Source: Ilumatobacteraceae bacterium
GTDB taxonomy: Bacteria > Actinomycetota > Acidimicrobiia > Acidimicrobiales > Ilumatobacteraceae
NCBI GenBank assembly: GCA_963793335.1
Contig: CAWBZS010000012.1
Coordinates: 31,428-95,427 of the forward strand
Direction: 5' to 3'
Length of the DNA stretch: 64,000 nucleotides
A program made the translations under genes and the position numbers. The notes below the pieces were generated by a model that searched no databases, was not told the origin of the DNA, and saw only the letters and a program-made list of their open reading frames with translations. Below are positions 45,158 through 54,680 of this stretch, piece by piece. The number at the start of each line of letters is the position of its first letter. Position 1 is the first letter of the stretch.

Positions 45158-47346
45158 GTTCGGCGGGCCTCACGGTGCTTGGAGTACCTGACCATGTGGC
45201 CGAGCGCCGTGACTGCGCTGCCACCATTCGGGTAGCAGAGACGACCGAGCCGACGCAGCGTGGCCGGCCCGGCGTTGTCGGGGTCGGCCGTGGCCAGTTC
45301 GGTGGCGACCAGGATCGGCTTGCCGGTGGCGATGCTCAGTTCATGTGTCGCCTCGGCGAAACGTTCGTCCTGGCGCTCGTGATAGGCAACGATCCGCTCG
45401 AGCCCGTGGTCAGGATGGAAACGCCCCTCGCGCATCATTCGGGCCTGGTTGCTCTGGATCCCGATGCCGAGATAGATCACCGCGTCGACCTCGGGGTGCT
45501 CGGCGATCATCGCCAGCACCTCCGGAATCGTGTCGCGGGTCTCACCGCCGGCGCAGTCGACCGGGTTGTTGCGGCTCCAGCGTGGTGGGAGCTTCGAGTC
45601 GATCTGTGCCTCCAGATCGGCGGGGAGTTCCATCAGCACGAGATCGGGGTCGTTGGCAATCGCGTCGGAGGTGACGACACCCCACCCGCCCGCAGTGGTC
45701 AGCACGATCGTGTTCGGGCCCTTCGGCAGCGGCTGGGTGGCGAAGGTCGCCGCGGTCTCGAACGCCTCGGTCACCGTGGCGGCACGGATGATCCCGGCGG
45801 CGCGGCACTCACCGTCGAAGACCTTGTCGTTCGCCGCCAGTGCTCCGGTGTGGCTGGCAGCGGCGTGGGCACCATCTTCGGTGGCTCCACCCTTCACGAG
45901 CACCAGCGGCTTGCGGGCGGCGGCACCTGCGAGCCGATCCATCAAGCTGCGCCCATCGGCGATGCCTTCCACGTACGCAAGCCCGACCGACGTCTCAGCA
46001 TCATCGGCGTACCAGTCGAGATAGTCGGCAACGGTGACCGCTGCTGCGTTGCCAGCCGAGACGGCGCGGCTGATGCCGACGCCGCTCGCACGCGACATGT
46101 TCATGAAACTCGACACGAAGTTGCCGCTCTGGCTTGCGACACCGATACGCCCAGCCGGCGGGTACGGGGCGACGATCTGCGCGCAGAGCTGCTTCGGCGT
46201 GCTCACCACACCCTGACCGTTCGGGCCCGCCAGCAGGATCCCCAACTCATCGGCCAGCTCGACGAGCTCGCGTTCTGCCTGCTCACCGGCTTCGCCAGCC
46301 TCGCCGTAGCCTGCCGACGTCAAAAACGCCGCGCGAATCCCTTTGGCTGCACACGCACGGAGCAACTCGGGGTTCGCGGCAGCCGGGGTGCACACGAACA
46401 CGAGGTCGATGGCGTCGTCGGGCAACTCGGCGATGTCGGCCACGGTCTGGATGCCGAGCACCTCCTCGCCCTTGAGGTTCGTCCCGTACACGCCTCCGCG
46501 GTAGCCGCTTGCGAGCAGATTGTGCAGCGAGACGAAGCCGAACTTGCCCGGGTGCGTCGACGCACCCGTGACGAGGACCCCCTTGGGCTCGAACAGGGCG
46601 ACGAATTGCTCATCGGTCGGACGCGGCCGGGACGGCGTCGCGGCCACATCGTCGAGGTCGGTTGGCCGGAGCTCGACGAGCCCGTCGACGGCGACCAGTC
46701 GGCCATCGGGCTGCACGATCAGCGGATTGATGTCGACGCTCGCGAGGTCGGAGCGCTCGGCGGCGACCCGGCCGAGGCCGACGAGCAGGTCGATGAGTTG
46801 CGTGCGGTCGACCGCTGCCTCGCCCCGAAACGCGCCGAGCAGCTTCTGCGTCGCGAGGTCGTCGATCATCTCCGATGCCGCAACTGCATCGACGGGCGCC
46901 GGCCGGAACACCACATCGGCCACGGCCTCGGCGAGAATGCCACCGACGCCGAGCATCACGGTCGGACCGAACTGCGGGTCGCGTACGACACCAGCGATCA
47001 GTTCGCGGTTGCCCGAGATCATCGGAGCCACCAGCACCGACACCTCGCCGTCATCGGGCAGCGCAGCCGCGAGCAGCTCGGCTGCCGCCGCCTCGACGGC
47101 GGGCCGATCACCGAGGCGCAGCTTCACCAGACCTCGCTCGGTCTTGTGCGCGATCGCATCACCGTTCAGCTTGGCCACCACCGGATACCCCACGTCGTCG
47201 GCGGCCGCACCAGCCGCCACGGCGTCGTACGCGACACGCTCCTCGGCGATCGGAATGCCGTACTGGCCGAGGAGGGTCTTGGAATCGCGCTCGGACAACG
47301 TCGTGTGCGCGTCGGAACGTTCGGTGGTGCTGTCTGGGGTCGCCAT
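45154..47346 (-). CDS. ADP-forming acetate/acyl--CoA ligase family protein (fused ATP-grasp, CoA-binding and ligase-CoA domains)
   Basis: N-terminal ATP-grasp (SERDSKTLLGQYGIPIAEE), CoA-binding KGVLVTGASTHPGKFGFV and succinyl-CoA-ligase-like IGVASQSGNF. 730 aa. Confidence 0.8.
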   Translation of the reverse strand: MATPDSTTERSDAHTTLSERDSKTLLGQYGIPIAEERVAYDAVAAGAAADDVGYPVVAKLNGDAIAHKTERGLVKLRLGDRPAVEAAAAELLAAALPDDGEVSVLVAPMISGNRELIAGVVRDPQFGPTVMLGVGGILAEAVADVVFRPAPVDAVAASEMIDDLATQKLLGAFRGEAAVDRTQLIDLLVGLGRVAAERSDLASVDINPLIVQPDGRLVAVDGLVELRPTDLDDVAATPSRPRPTDEQFVALFEPKGVLVTGASTHPGKFGFVSLHNLLASGYRGGVYGTNLKGEEVLGIQTVADIAELPDDAIDLVFVCTPAAANPELLRACAAKGIRAAFLTSAGYGEAGEAGEQAERELVELADELGILLAGPNGQGVVSTPKQLCAQIVAPYPPAGRIGVASQSGNFVSSFMNMSRASGVGISRAVSAGNAAAVTVADYLDWYADDAETSVGLAYVEGIADGRSLMDRLAGAAARKPLVLVKGGATEDGAHAAASHTGALAANDKVFDGECRAAGIIRAATVTEAFETAATFATQPLPKGPNTIVLTTAGGWGVVTSDAIANDPDLVLMELPADLEAQIDSKLPPRWSRNNPVDCAGGETRDTIPEVLAMIAEHPEVDAVIYLGIGIQSNQARMMREGRFHPDHGLERIVAYHERQDERFAEATHELSIATGKPILVATELATADPDNAGPATLRRLGRLCYPNGGSAVTALGHMVRYSKHREARRT

Positions 47347-47388
47347 GCCGCCCCTACGGTACTCTCCGCCCGCCCGAGTATCCGCTCG

Positions 47389-47859
47389 TCAAGCGCTGGG
47401 TGACACGTTGTAGGTCAACACGCTCTTCGCGACCGATCGCCCGCTGGTCGCGCCGATCGCCTCGCTCTCACAGAACACGATTCGCCGGCCTCGACGGGTG
47501 ACCCACCCCTCGGCGACGACGTCTTCGTCCTCGACCGCTGAGATGTACTGCACGTGGAGATCGACGGTCGAGTACCGGTCGCCCGGGCCCAGCACCGAAC
47601 CAACGGCTGGGACGAGCACCGCGTCCATCAGCGAGGCGATGGCGCCACCGTGCACGACGCCACCCGGATGGAGGAGTTTCGGCTGGAACGGCATCCGCAT
47701 CCGGCAGTAGTCGACGCGCGTCTCCTCGACCACCAGCCCGAGCAGCATCGGATAGAAGACGGTCTCCGACTGGCCGAACCTCGCCCAACGGGCGGCTGCA
47801 TCATCGGAGAGGGGTGCGTACTGTTCCGCTCGCTTCATCGCTCGATCATGACCGATCAC
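47389..47859 (-). CDS. PaaI-family hotdog thioesterase
   Basis: LLHPGGVVHGGAIASLMDAVL core. An alternative ATG lies at 47838. Confidence 0.7.
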   Translation of the reverse strand: MIGHDRAMKRAEQYAPLSDDAAARWARFGQSETVFYPMLLGLVVEETRVDYCRMRMPFQPKLLHPGGVVHGGAIASLMDAVLVPAVGSVLGPGDRYSTVDLHVQYISAVEDEDVVAEGWVTRRGRRIVFCESEAIGATSGRSVAKSVLTYNVSPSA

Positions 47860-47878
47860 GGGAGCTCCGCACCGATCG

Positions 47879-48547
47879 TCAGGGGATCAGGGCGGCGCGG
47901 AAGAACCCGATGATGTGTTCACTGCGTCGGTCGAGCGCAGCTGGCGCAAGCGGATCTTCATCGAGCAGGCCTTCCAGGAAGGGGGCGTCGGAGAAGTAGC
48001 TCAGCAAGGCGCCGTACCCGGTCAGCAGGAGTTGCTCCGGGTTGTGCGGACGAAACACTCCGGCATCCATCTCGCGACGGAAGTAGTCCGCTGCCTGGTC
48101 GAACATCGGGCGCAGGACGGCGGAGAGGTCGATGCCGAGGTGAGCGCCTCCGTCGATCGCTTCGCGGCGCATCAACGTGACGTAGGTCGGATTGTCGGCG
48201 AAGTAGCCAAACCCTGCACGAAGGACCTGTTCGACCTTCGGCCACCCCGTTGCGGTCGACTCGATCGCCCCGGCGAGCCGGGCGAACCAGTCGGACAGCA
48301 GCCGCTCGAACACCTCGCCGTACAGTGCGTCCTTCGAGGCGAAGTGGTGCAGCAGGCTCGGGCGTCGAATGCCGACCTCGGCGGCGATGTCGTTCAGCGA
48401 CGTCCCGCTGTATCCCGCGTACGCAAAACACGACAGCGCCGCATCGAGGATCTGGTCACGGGTGGACCGACCCTCGATGGGCACTGCATCGGCGGGTCCG
48501 CTCAGGCGCAGCGCTGCGGCCTCGGGTGGAGCGGTCGATTCCGACAT
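47879..48547 (-). CDS. TetR/AcrR family transcriptional regulator
   Basis: [50 protein letters not shown] region. Confidence 0.85.
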   Translation of the reverse strand: MSESTAPPEAAALRLSGPADAVPIEGRSTRDQILDAALSCFAYAGYSGTSLNDIAAEVGIRRPSLLHHFASKDALYGEVFERLLSDWFARLAGAIESTATGWPKVEQVLRAGFGYFADNPTYVTLMRREAIDGGAHLGIDLSAVLRPMFDQAADYFRREMDAGVFRPHNPEQLLLTGYGALLSYFSDAPFLEGLLDEDPLAPAALDRRSEHIIGFFRAALIP

Positions 48548-48585
48548 GGGCAGCGAACGCTACCCCTCGAATCGGTTGGCTGGTG

Positions 48586-49008
48586 TCAGGCCGGCGGGTA
48601 CACGCCCATCTGCTTGGCCTTGTCGGTCTGCCAGAAGATGTCGGCGATCTCGTCGATGTAGGCGACGAGCTGCTCACCGACGGCCGGGTCCATCGACTTC
48701 TTGGCCTCGCCGGCCTGGTGGATTGCCTTCCAGAACAGCTCGTGCAGCTGTGGGAACGCGGCGAAGTGATCGGGAGCGAAGAAGTCGGCCCACAGCACCA
48801 TCAGGTGGTGCTTGGTCTCCTCGGCGCGGGCTTCCTTGATCGAGATGCACCGGGCGCGGAACACCTCGTCGTCGGACTCGGCGTACTTCTTGGCGGTCTT
48901 GACCACGGACAGCGCCTCGATCTTTGCCTGTGCCGGGTCGTAGACCCCGCAGTACAGGTCGCAGTGGGCGTGGGCAACGGTGGCCGAAGCGAACAACTTG
49001 GCGAACAT
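48586..49008 (-). CDS. sodN: nickel superoxide dismutase precursor
   Basis: A 14-aa propeptide MFAKLFASATVAHA is followed by HCDLYCGVYDPAQAKIEA (Ni-hook) and a four-helix-bundle-sized remainder. A divergent maturation protease gene lies adjacent. Confidence 0.9.
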   Translation of the reverse strand: MFAKLFASATVAHAHCDLYCGVYDPAQAKIEALSVVKTAKKYAESDDEVFRARCISIKEARAEETKHHLMVLWADFFAPDHFAAFPQLHELFWKAIHQAGEAKKSMDPAVGEQLVAYIDEIADIFWQTDKAKQMGVYPPA

Positions 49009-49090
49009 GGTGGCTCCTCAGAGTGCAATGGTGGGTGTTCAATACGGACAATTCCCGTGGGGACGTCGCCCGAAACATACACTCCCGCCC

Positions 49091-49399
49091 GTGAACGTGC
49101 CCATGCCACGTCGATTCCGTGTCGCCGACCGGTCGATGGAGCCTGCGCTGGTCGACGGACAGGGCATCCTCGCCGTCCCCAACCGGAAGGCCCGGGTCGG
49201 CGAGCTGCGTTGTCTCGAACACCCGGACCGGCCGGGCTTCTGGCTGATCAAGCGCGTCGCCGCAGTACACGCCGACGCGACGATGTCCGTGCTGTCCGAC
49301 AACGCAGCATCCACGCTCGCCGACTCGCGCACGTTCGGACCCGTTGCGGTCGCCGGTTCGTACCGCGTCGTGGTCCGGATCCCACGCCGCCTGATGTGA
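49091..49399 (+). CDS. sodX: S26-family Ni-SOD maturation protease SodX
   Basis: VADRSMEPAL (catalytic Ser) and WLIKRVAAV (Lys), then LSDN...DSRTFGPV. It is divergent from sodN. The start is uncertain among in-frame candidates GTG 49091, ATG 49103 and ATG 49028. The ORF-track start at 48980 overlaps sodN. Confidence 0.75.
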   Translation: MNVPMPRRFRVADRSMEPALVDGQGILAVPNRKARVGELRCLEHPDRPGFWLIKRVAAVHADATMSVLSDNAASTLADSRTFGPVAVAGSYRVVVRIPRRLM

Positions 49400-49413
49400 C
49401 GACTCACCGTTCC

Positions 49414-49525
49414 CGATCTGCGCCTGTCACGTCCCACCCCGATGTCGGATCTGCGCCTGTTGCATCCCGCTTTCCGGAACAGGCGGGCCGCAGATCGTGC
49501 GGTGGGACTGTCGGGGCGCAGATCG
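49414..49525. repeat. nested inverted/direct repeat element (about 112 nt) between sodX and the next gene
   Basis: GATCTGCGCCTGT occurs at 49415-49427 and again at 49448-49460. The reverse complements GCGCAGATCG (49516-49525) and CGCAGATC (49489-49496) are also present. GTCCCACC (49431-38) pairs with GGTGGGAC (49501-08), and CCTGT (49456-60) with ACAGG (49479-83). Together these predict an outer and an inner stem. Confidence 0.5.
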
Positions 49526-49539
49526 TAGCCTCGGGACAC

Positions 49540-49935
49540 ATGCAGATCGTTGCGGCAGTGTTCGTGGAGACCTTCGAGATGCGTCAGGCGCCCGGCCCGT
49601 CGACGCGCATCGACCTCACCGGGGTGATGTTCTCGATGGCCGCGCCCAGCCCGGCCCCGGTCACTGTCGAACCTCACCTGATGGGGCTGATCTTCTGCCC
49701 CGAGGACGAGGCCGGGAGCGGGGTGTTCGAGGTGGTGTTCCGCCGCGGGCTCGATCCCGAGAGCGAACAGGTCGCACGAAATGTCAGCCCGTTCACGGTC
49801 GAGCCGGGCAAGTTCACCTACCGGTTGGTGCGAGGCGAGCTCGAGTTCGCCGAGTACGGCCAGATCTTCGCCCACTGCCGTGTCGATCAGGGTCCCTGGC
49901 ACATCGTGCCGTTCACGCTCCTGCCCCCCGCCTAG
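49540..49935 (+). CDS. hypothetical protein (131 aa)
   Basis: The ATG at 49540 lies within the 3' end of a long spurious ORF (48250..49935): MQIVAAVFVETFEMRQAPGPSTRIDLTGVMF... No family was recognised. It is called because it fills the gap before tkt and avoids the repeat element. Confidence 0.45.
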   Translation: MQIVAAVFVETFEMRQAPGPSTRIDLTGVMFSMAAPSPAPVTVEPHLMGLIFCPEDEAGSGVFEVVFRRGLDPESEQVARNVSPFTVEPGKFTYRLVRGELEFAEYGQIFAHCRVDQGPWHIVPFTLLPPA

Positions 49936-49983
49936 CGGGACAACACGGGTCAGACCCGTGTTGTCTCGGGTACCCTCGCACGC

Positions 49984-51936
49984 GTGCCGCTGACTGCCGA
50001 ACAGGACCGACTTGCCGTCTCACTCATCCGTGGATTGTCCATGGACGGGCCGCTCGCCGCCAACAGCGGCCACCAGGGCACCGCGATGGCACTCGCACCG
50101 CTCGGCCACGTGCTCTACAGCCGGGTGATGCGCCACGACCCCGCCGATCCGGCGTGGCCCGATCGCGATCGCTTCGTCCTCTCGAACGGCCACGCATCGA
50201 TCCTGCAGTACTCGCTGCTGTTCCTGTCGGGATATGGCCTCGAGCTCGACGACCTGCGCGAGTTTCGCCAGTGGGAGTCCGCCACCCCCGGTCACCCGGA
50301 GGCCGGTCACACCGCGGGAGTCGAGGTGACCACCGGCCCGCTCGGCCAAGGGTTCGCAAATGCGGTCGGCATGGCGATCGCCGAGGAACAACTCCGTGCC
50401 CGCTTCGGTGAGGATGCACAGAGCCACTTCACCTTCGTGATCGCCGGAGACGGCTGTCTGATGGAGGGCATCAGCCACGAAGCCGCATCGCTCGCCGGGC
50501 ACCTCGGCCTCGGCAGGTTGATCTGCGTGTTCGACGACAACAAGATCACGATCGACGGCCCGACGAGCATGTCGACCGGGGACGACACGGCGATGAGGTT
50601 CCGGTCCTACGGGTGGGACGTCGTCGACCTCGGCGATCTGGCAGACGACCTCGATGGTCTCGAAGCAGCCCTGGAGGCCGCGAAACAGCAGAGAGACAAG
50701 CCGTCGCTCTTGCTCCTGCGCTCACACATCGGCGAACCCTCGCCCGACCACATCGACACCGCTGCTGCGCATGGCAACCCGTTCTCGGCCGAGGATGTCA
50801 GCCGCACCAAGGAGGTCATGGGCATCCCGGACGAACCGTTCTGGGCGCCTGCGGATCTGGTCGCCGCCTACCGGAGCGACGTCGCCGCCCGGGGGGCCTC
50901 CGCTCGAAGCGCATGGGAGGCCGCGAGCGCCGCCACCACCGCCACGCCCGAATGGGTCGCGGCCTGGGCAGGCACCGGGACCCCGGGCTGGGACGCCGAA
51001 CTACCGAGCTACGAGCCGGGCGAGTCGGTCGCAACGCGGAAAGCGATCCAGAAGGCGCTCGACGCCACGTACGACCAGCTTCCCGGTCTCGTGTCCGGGT
51101 CGGCAGACCTCACGGGCAGCAACGGCACCGGGCTGGCGCGCTCGACGGCGTTCACCGTCGACGACCGTTCCGGTCGGTACCTCCACTACGGCATTCGCGA
51201 GCATGCGATGGGCGCCGCCCTGGTGGGTCTGGCCCAACACGGCGGCACCCTGCCCATCGCCGGAACGTTCTTCGTCTTCTCCGACTACATGCGTCCATCG
51301 ATCCGTCTCGCCGCGCTCTCCGGGGCGAAGGTCTGCTTCGTGTTCACCCACGACTCGGTCGGGGTCGGCGAGGACGGCCCCACGCATCAACCCGTCGAAC
51401 AGCTCGCAGCGTTGCGGGCGATGCCCGGATTGCACATTCTCCGTCCAGCCGACGGCAACGAGACCATCCAGGCCTGGGCTGACATCGTCCGCCACGACGG
51501 CCCATCGGCACTGATCCTCAGCCGTCAGAACATTCGGGTGGTCACCGACGGGTCCGCCGTGCAGCTCGGCGCAGGCATCGTCACCGATTCCGATGGCGCT
51601 CCGGATCTGATTCTCGTCGGCACCGGTAGCGAGGTCGAAGTCTGCGTCGATGCCGCCGAGGTGTTGCGCAGCCGCGACCATGCGGTCCGCGTGGTCAGTC
51701 TCCCGAGCTGGGATCGGTTCTCCGACCAGGACGCAGAGACACGCGAGGCGATGCTGCCGACCGGTGTCCCGACACTGTCGGTCGAGGCCGCCAGCACCTT
51801 TGGCTGGCAACGGTGGGCCGACGACGCGATCGGTATCGACCGTTTCGGTGCGAGCGCGCCGGGGGCGCTCGTCCTGACTGAGCTGGGCATCAACGTCGAC
51901 CACGTGGTCGATCGCGCCGCCGCCCTGCTCGACTGA
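49984..51936 (+). CDS. tkt: transketolase
   Basis: Motifs NSGHQGTAMALAP, SNGHASILQYSLL, GDGCLMEGISHEA and HDSVGVGEDGPTHQPVE. GTG start. Confidence 0.95.
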   Translation: MPLTAEQDRLAVSLIRGLSMDGPLAANSGHQGTAMALAPLGHVLYSRVMRHDPADPAWPDRDRFVLSNGHASILQYSLLFLSGYGLELDDLREFRQWESATPGHPEAGHTAGVEVTTGPLGQGFANAVGMAIAEEQLRARFGEDAQSHFTFVIAGDGCLMEGISHEAASLAGHLGLGRLICVFDDNKITIDGPTSMSTGDDTAMRFRSYGWDVVDLGDLADDLDGLEAALEAAKQQRDKPSLLLLRSHIGEPSPDHIDTAAAHGNPFSAEDVSRTKEVMGIPDEPFWAPADLVAAYRSDVAARGASARSAWEAASAATTATPEWVAAWAGTGTPGWDAELPSYEPGESVATRKAIQKALDATYDQLPGLVSGSADLTGSNGTGLARSTAFTVDDRSGRYLHYGIREHAMGAALVGLAQHGGTLPIAGTFFVFSDYMRPSIRLAALSGAKVCFVFTHDSVGVGEDGPTHQPVEQLAALRAMPGLHILRPADGNETIQAWADIVRHDGPSALILSRQNIRVVTDGSAVQLGAGIVTDSDGAPDLILVGTGSEVEVCVDAAEVLRSRDHAVRVVSLPSWDRFSDQDAETREAMLPTGVPTLSVEAASTFGWQRWADDAIGIDRFGASAPGALVLTELGINVDHVVDRAAALLD

Positions 51937-51968
51937 CCCGTGCTCGAACTGCGACCAGAAGGACTGCC

Positions 51969-53081
51969 ATGACCACACCGCACCGGATCACCGCCCTCCA
52001 CGACGAACAGGGCCAGAGCGCCTGGCTCGACAACCTCAAGCGTGACTACATCACGTCCGGCGAACTGGTCGCCATTCGAGCGTCAGGGGTCCGGGGCCTC
52101 ACATCGAATCCGTCGATCTTCCAGAAGGCGATTCAGGATTCCAGCGACTACGACGAGCAGTTCGCTCAGCTGCGCGCCGACGGCGTCAGCGTCGGCGACG
52201 CCTACTGGTCCATGGTGATCCAAGACATCCACAGCGCATGCGACGTGTTCTCGAAGGTCTACGACCACTCGAACGGCGTCGACGGGTACGTCAGCGTCGA
52301 AGTCGATCCCTCGCTCGCGCATGATGGCGCGGGAACCGAGACCGCAGCTCGCGAGCTGCACCGGCGCATCAATCGTCGCAATCTGATGGTGAAGATCCCG
52401 GGGACCGAGGAGGGATTGGGACCGATCGAGCAGATGATCGCCGAGGGACGATCGATCAACGTCACCCTCATCTTCAGCCTCGATCGATACAGCAAGGTGA
52501 TCGAGGCGTACCTGCGTGGGCTCGAACGCCTGGCAGACGATCCGGCGGCCGACCTGTCGCAGGTGGCGAGCGTGGCCAGCTTCTTCATCAGCCGGGTCGA
52601 CTCGGAGGCCGATCGCCGGCTCGATGAGATCGGCACGCCCGAGGCGCTCGCGCTGCGGGGGCGGGCTGCCGTCGCCCAGGCACAACTGGCCTACCAGCTG
52701 TTCGTCGAAGCGTTCTCCGGTCCGCGTTGGCAATCGCTCGCTGCGCGGGGCGCTCGAGTCCAGCGGCCGCTGTGGGCGTCGACGTCGACCAAGAACGATG
52801 CGTATCCCGACACGCTCTACGTCGACGAACTGATCGGGCCCGACACGGTCAACACGCTGCCGGAGGCGACGCTCGACGCCTTTGCTGATCATGGCACCGT
52901 TGTGCGACGGGTCGACGCTGACGTCGACGGTGCTCGGGCGACCTGGCAGGCGCTCGCGGACGTCGGCGTCGACATGGACGACGTCGCTGCGAAGCTCGAG
53001 CGCGACGGCGTCGCAAGCTTTCAGACCGCGTTCGACGACCTGATCGCCGCCCTCGAGGTGAAGGCCGCCACACTCCCCTGA
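51969..53081 (+). CDS. tal: transaldolase (actinobacterial long type)
   Basis: GQSAWLDNLKRDYI, GLTSNPSIF and VKIPGTEEG (Schiff-base Lys context). It lies immediately downstream of tkt. Confidence 0.9.
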   Translation: MTTPHRITALHDEQGQSAWLDNLKRDYITSGELVAIRASGVRGLTSNPSIFQKAIQDSSDYDEQFAQLRADGVSVGDAYWSMVIQDIHSACDVFSKVYDHSNGVDGYVSVEVDPSLAHDGAGTETAARELHRRINRRNLMVKIPGTEEGLGPIEQMIAEGRSINVTLIFSLDRYSKVIEAYLRGLERLADDPAADLSQVASVASFFISRVDSEADRRLDEIGTPEALALRGRAAVAQAQLAYQLFVEAFSGPRWQSLAARGARVQRPLWASTSTKNDAYPDTLYVDELIGPDTVNTLPEATLDAFADHGTVVRRVDADVDGARATWQALADVGVDMDDVAAKLERDGVASFQTAFDDLIAALEVKAATLP

Positions 53082-53096
53082 CCCGATGAGCGGCGG

Positions 53097-54680
53097 TCAG
53101 ACGTCGATCCAGCGCCGGGGGTAGCCCTGGGCGCCGTTGGGGGCCACCGGCGCGGGCTCAGCGGTCTGCGGTACGCCGTCACCGTCGACCGCGCGAGCCT
53201 CGATCATGTGACGACCCGGCTCGAGGTCGAGCTGCACCATCCACTGCGCCCACGTGTCGTCCGATGGCACGCCACCGAGTTCCGCCTCGAACCACTCGCC
53301 CTCGTCGGAGCGCACCTCCACACGTGAGATGCCACGATGGATGGCCCATGCCACCCCACCGACGATGACCTCCCCGGCGCCAGCCCCGCGCCGGTCGGTG
53401 TCGATACGAGCCATCGTCTTGATCGGGCCACGCTTCGACCAGCCCCGCGGCACCCAGTAGGCGTCGTAGTCCTCCCAGCGCGTCAGCTCGATCTCGGTGA
53501 CCCACTTCGTGGCCGACACGTAGCCGTAGAGCCCGGGCACCACCATCCGGACGGGGTAGCCGTGACGTGCCGGCAGCGGCTCACCATTCATCGCAACCGC
53601 CAGCAGTGCGTCGCGTCCGTCCATGATGACCTCGGTCGGAGTTCCAGCCGTCCATCCGTCGATCGACCGGCTGACCACCTGGGTGGCGCCTGGCTGCACG
53701 CCAGCCTCATCGAGCACGTCGCGCAGCAGCACGCCCTGCCACAGCGCGGTGCCGATCAGGTCACCACCGACGGGGTTCGACACGCACGACAGCGTGACGT
53801 ACCGCTCCACCTGCGGTCGGGCCAGGAGATCGTCGAAGGTGAGCTCGATCGGAGTGTCGACCATCCCGCCGATCTTCAGCCTCCACGAGTCCTTCGGCAC
53901 CTGCGGCACGGCGAGCGCGGTGTCGATCCGGTAGAAGTCGCTGGTGGGTGTCACGAACGGCTGGAGGCCGTCGAGTGGGAGTTGGACATCGGCGGGCAAC
54001 GGCCCGGCGGGCGAACCAACGCTCGGCAGCGCGATCTCTCCACGCTCCGCCACCACCTCGAAGCGCTGCTGCAGCACTCGGCCGATCCCTCCGACGATCA
54101 CAGCCGCGGAGCCGATCCCGATCGCTCCACCGACGAAGCGTCGCCGGTCGACACCCATCGGTTGAGCGATCAGCGACGCCTCGGCATCGGGCCCCGTTCC
54201 CGTGGCCGCCGTGGTGGCCGCACGAGCGTCCGCTGCGGTCCGAGGTCGCGGCGCGAGGTACCAGAGCACCGCGAGCGACACCGCAGTGCCCACGATCGTC
54301 GGGAGCAATTTCACGAGCGTCGGTTCGGGACGCGTCAGCACCGCCCAAGCACCGAGCACACCGGTGACGCTCGTGAGGGCATACGCAGCAGCACGGGCCC
54401 CGCGCATCGCCAGGATGCCAACCGCGACACCGATCCCGAAGAGCACCACGAGCGCACCGACGACCAACACGACCTTGTCGTTGGTGCCGAACGTGCTGAT
54501 CGCCCACTCCTTCAGCGGGCGCGGCACCCAGTCGATGAACACCTGGCCGACCGGTACGACGGGTGACGACGTGCCGTCGAACAGGCCAACGGTGAGTTCA
54601 GCAGCGGCGAGCCCGGAGCCCGTGGCGAGGAGGCCGAGCACCGGCCCCTGCCACTTCGGCCCGTACGATGCTGTTTCCAT
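53097..54680 (-). CDS. membrane-anchored molybdopterin-dependent (sulfite-oxidase-fold) oxidoreductase
   Basis: About 5 N-terminal TM segments, then LSCVSNPVGGDLIGTALWQGVLLRDVL (Moco Cys) and HGYPVRMVVPGLYGYVSATKWVTEIEL. The start is taken as ATG 54678-54680 (METASYGPKW). The ORF-track start at 54836 is antisense to the neighbouring gene. Confidence 0.75.
   Translation of the reverse strand: METASYGPKWQGPVLGLLATGSGLAAAELTVGLFDGTSSPVVPVGQVFIDWVPRPLKEWAISTFGTNDKVVLVVGALVVLFGIGVAVGILAMRGARAAAYALTSVTGVLGAWAVLTRPEPTLVKLLPTIVGTAVSLAVLWYLAPRPRTAADARAATTAATGTGPDAEASLIAQPMGVDRRRFVGGAIGIGSAAVIVGGIGRVLQQRFEVVAERGEIALPSVGSPAGPLPADVQLPLDGLQPFVTPTSDFYRIDTALAVPQVPKDSWRLKIGGMVDTPIELTFDDLLARPQVERYVTLSCVSNPVGGDLIGTALWQGVLLRDVLDEAGVQPGATQVVSRSIDGWTAGTPTEVIMDGRDALLAVAMNGEPLPARHGYPVRMVVPGLYGYVSATKWVTEIELTRWEDYDAYWVPRGWSKRGPIKTMARIDTDRRGAGAGEVIVGGVAWAIHRGISRVEVRSDEGEWFEAELGGVPSDDTWAQWMVQLDLEPGRHMIEARAVDGDGVPQTAEPAPVAPNGAQGYPRRWIDV

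Noticed and set aside
49009-49090. A Nur/Fur-type nickel-responsive operator in the sodN-sodX divergent spacer.
   Set aside because: Only a weak half-site-like TGCAAT...TTCAAT is seen. There is no convincing palindrome.
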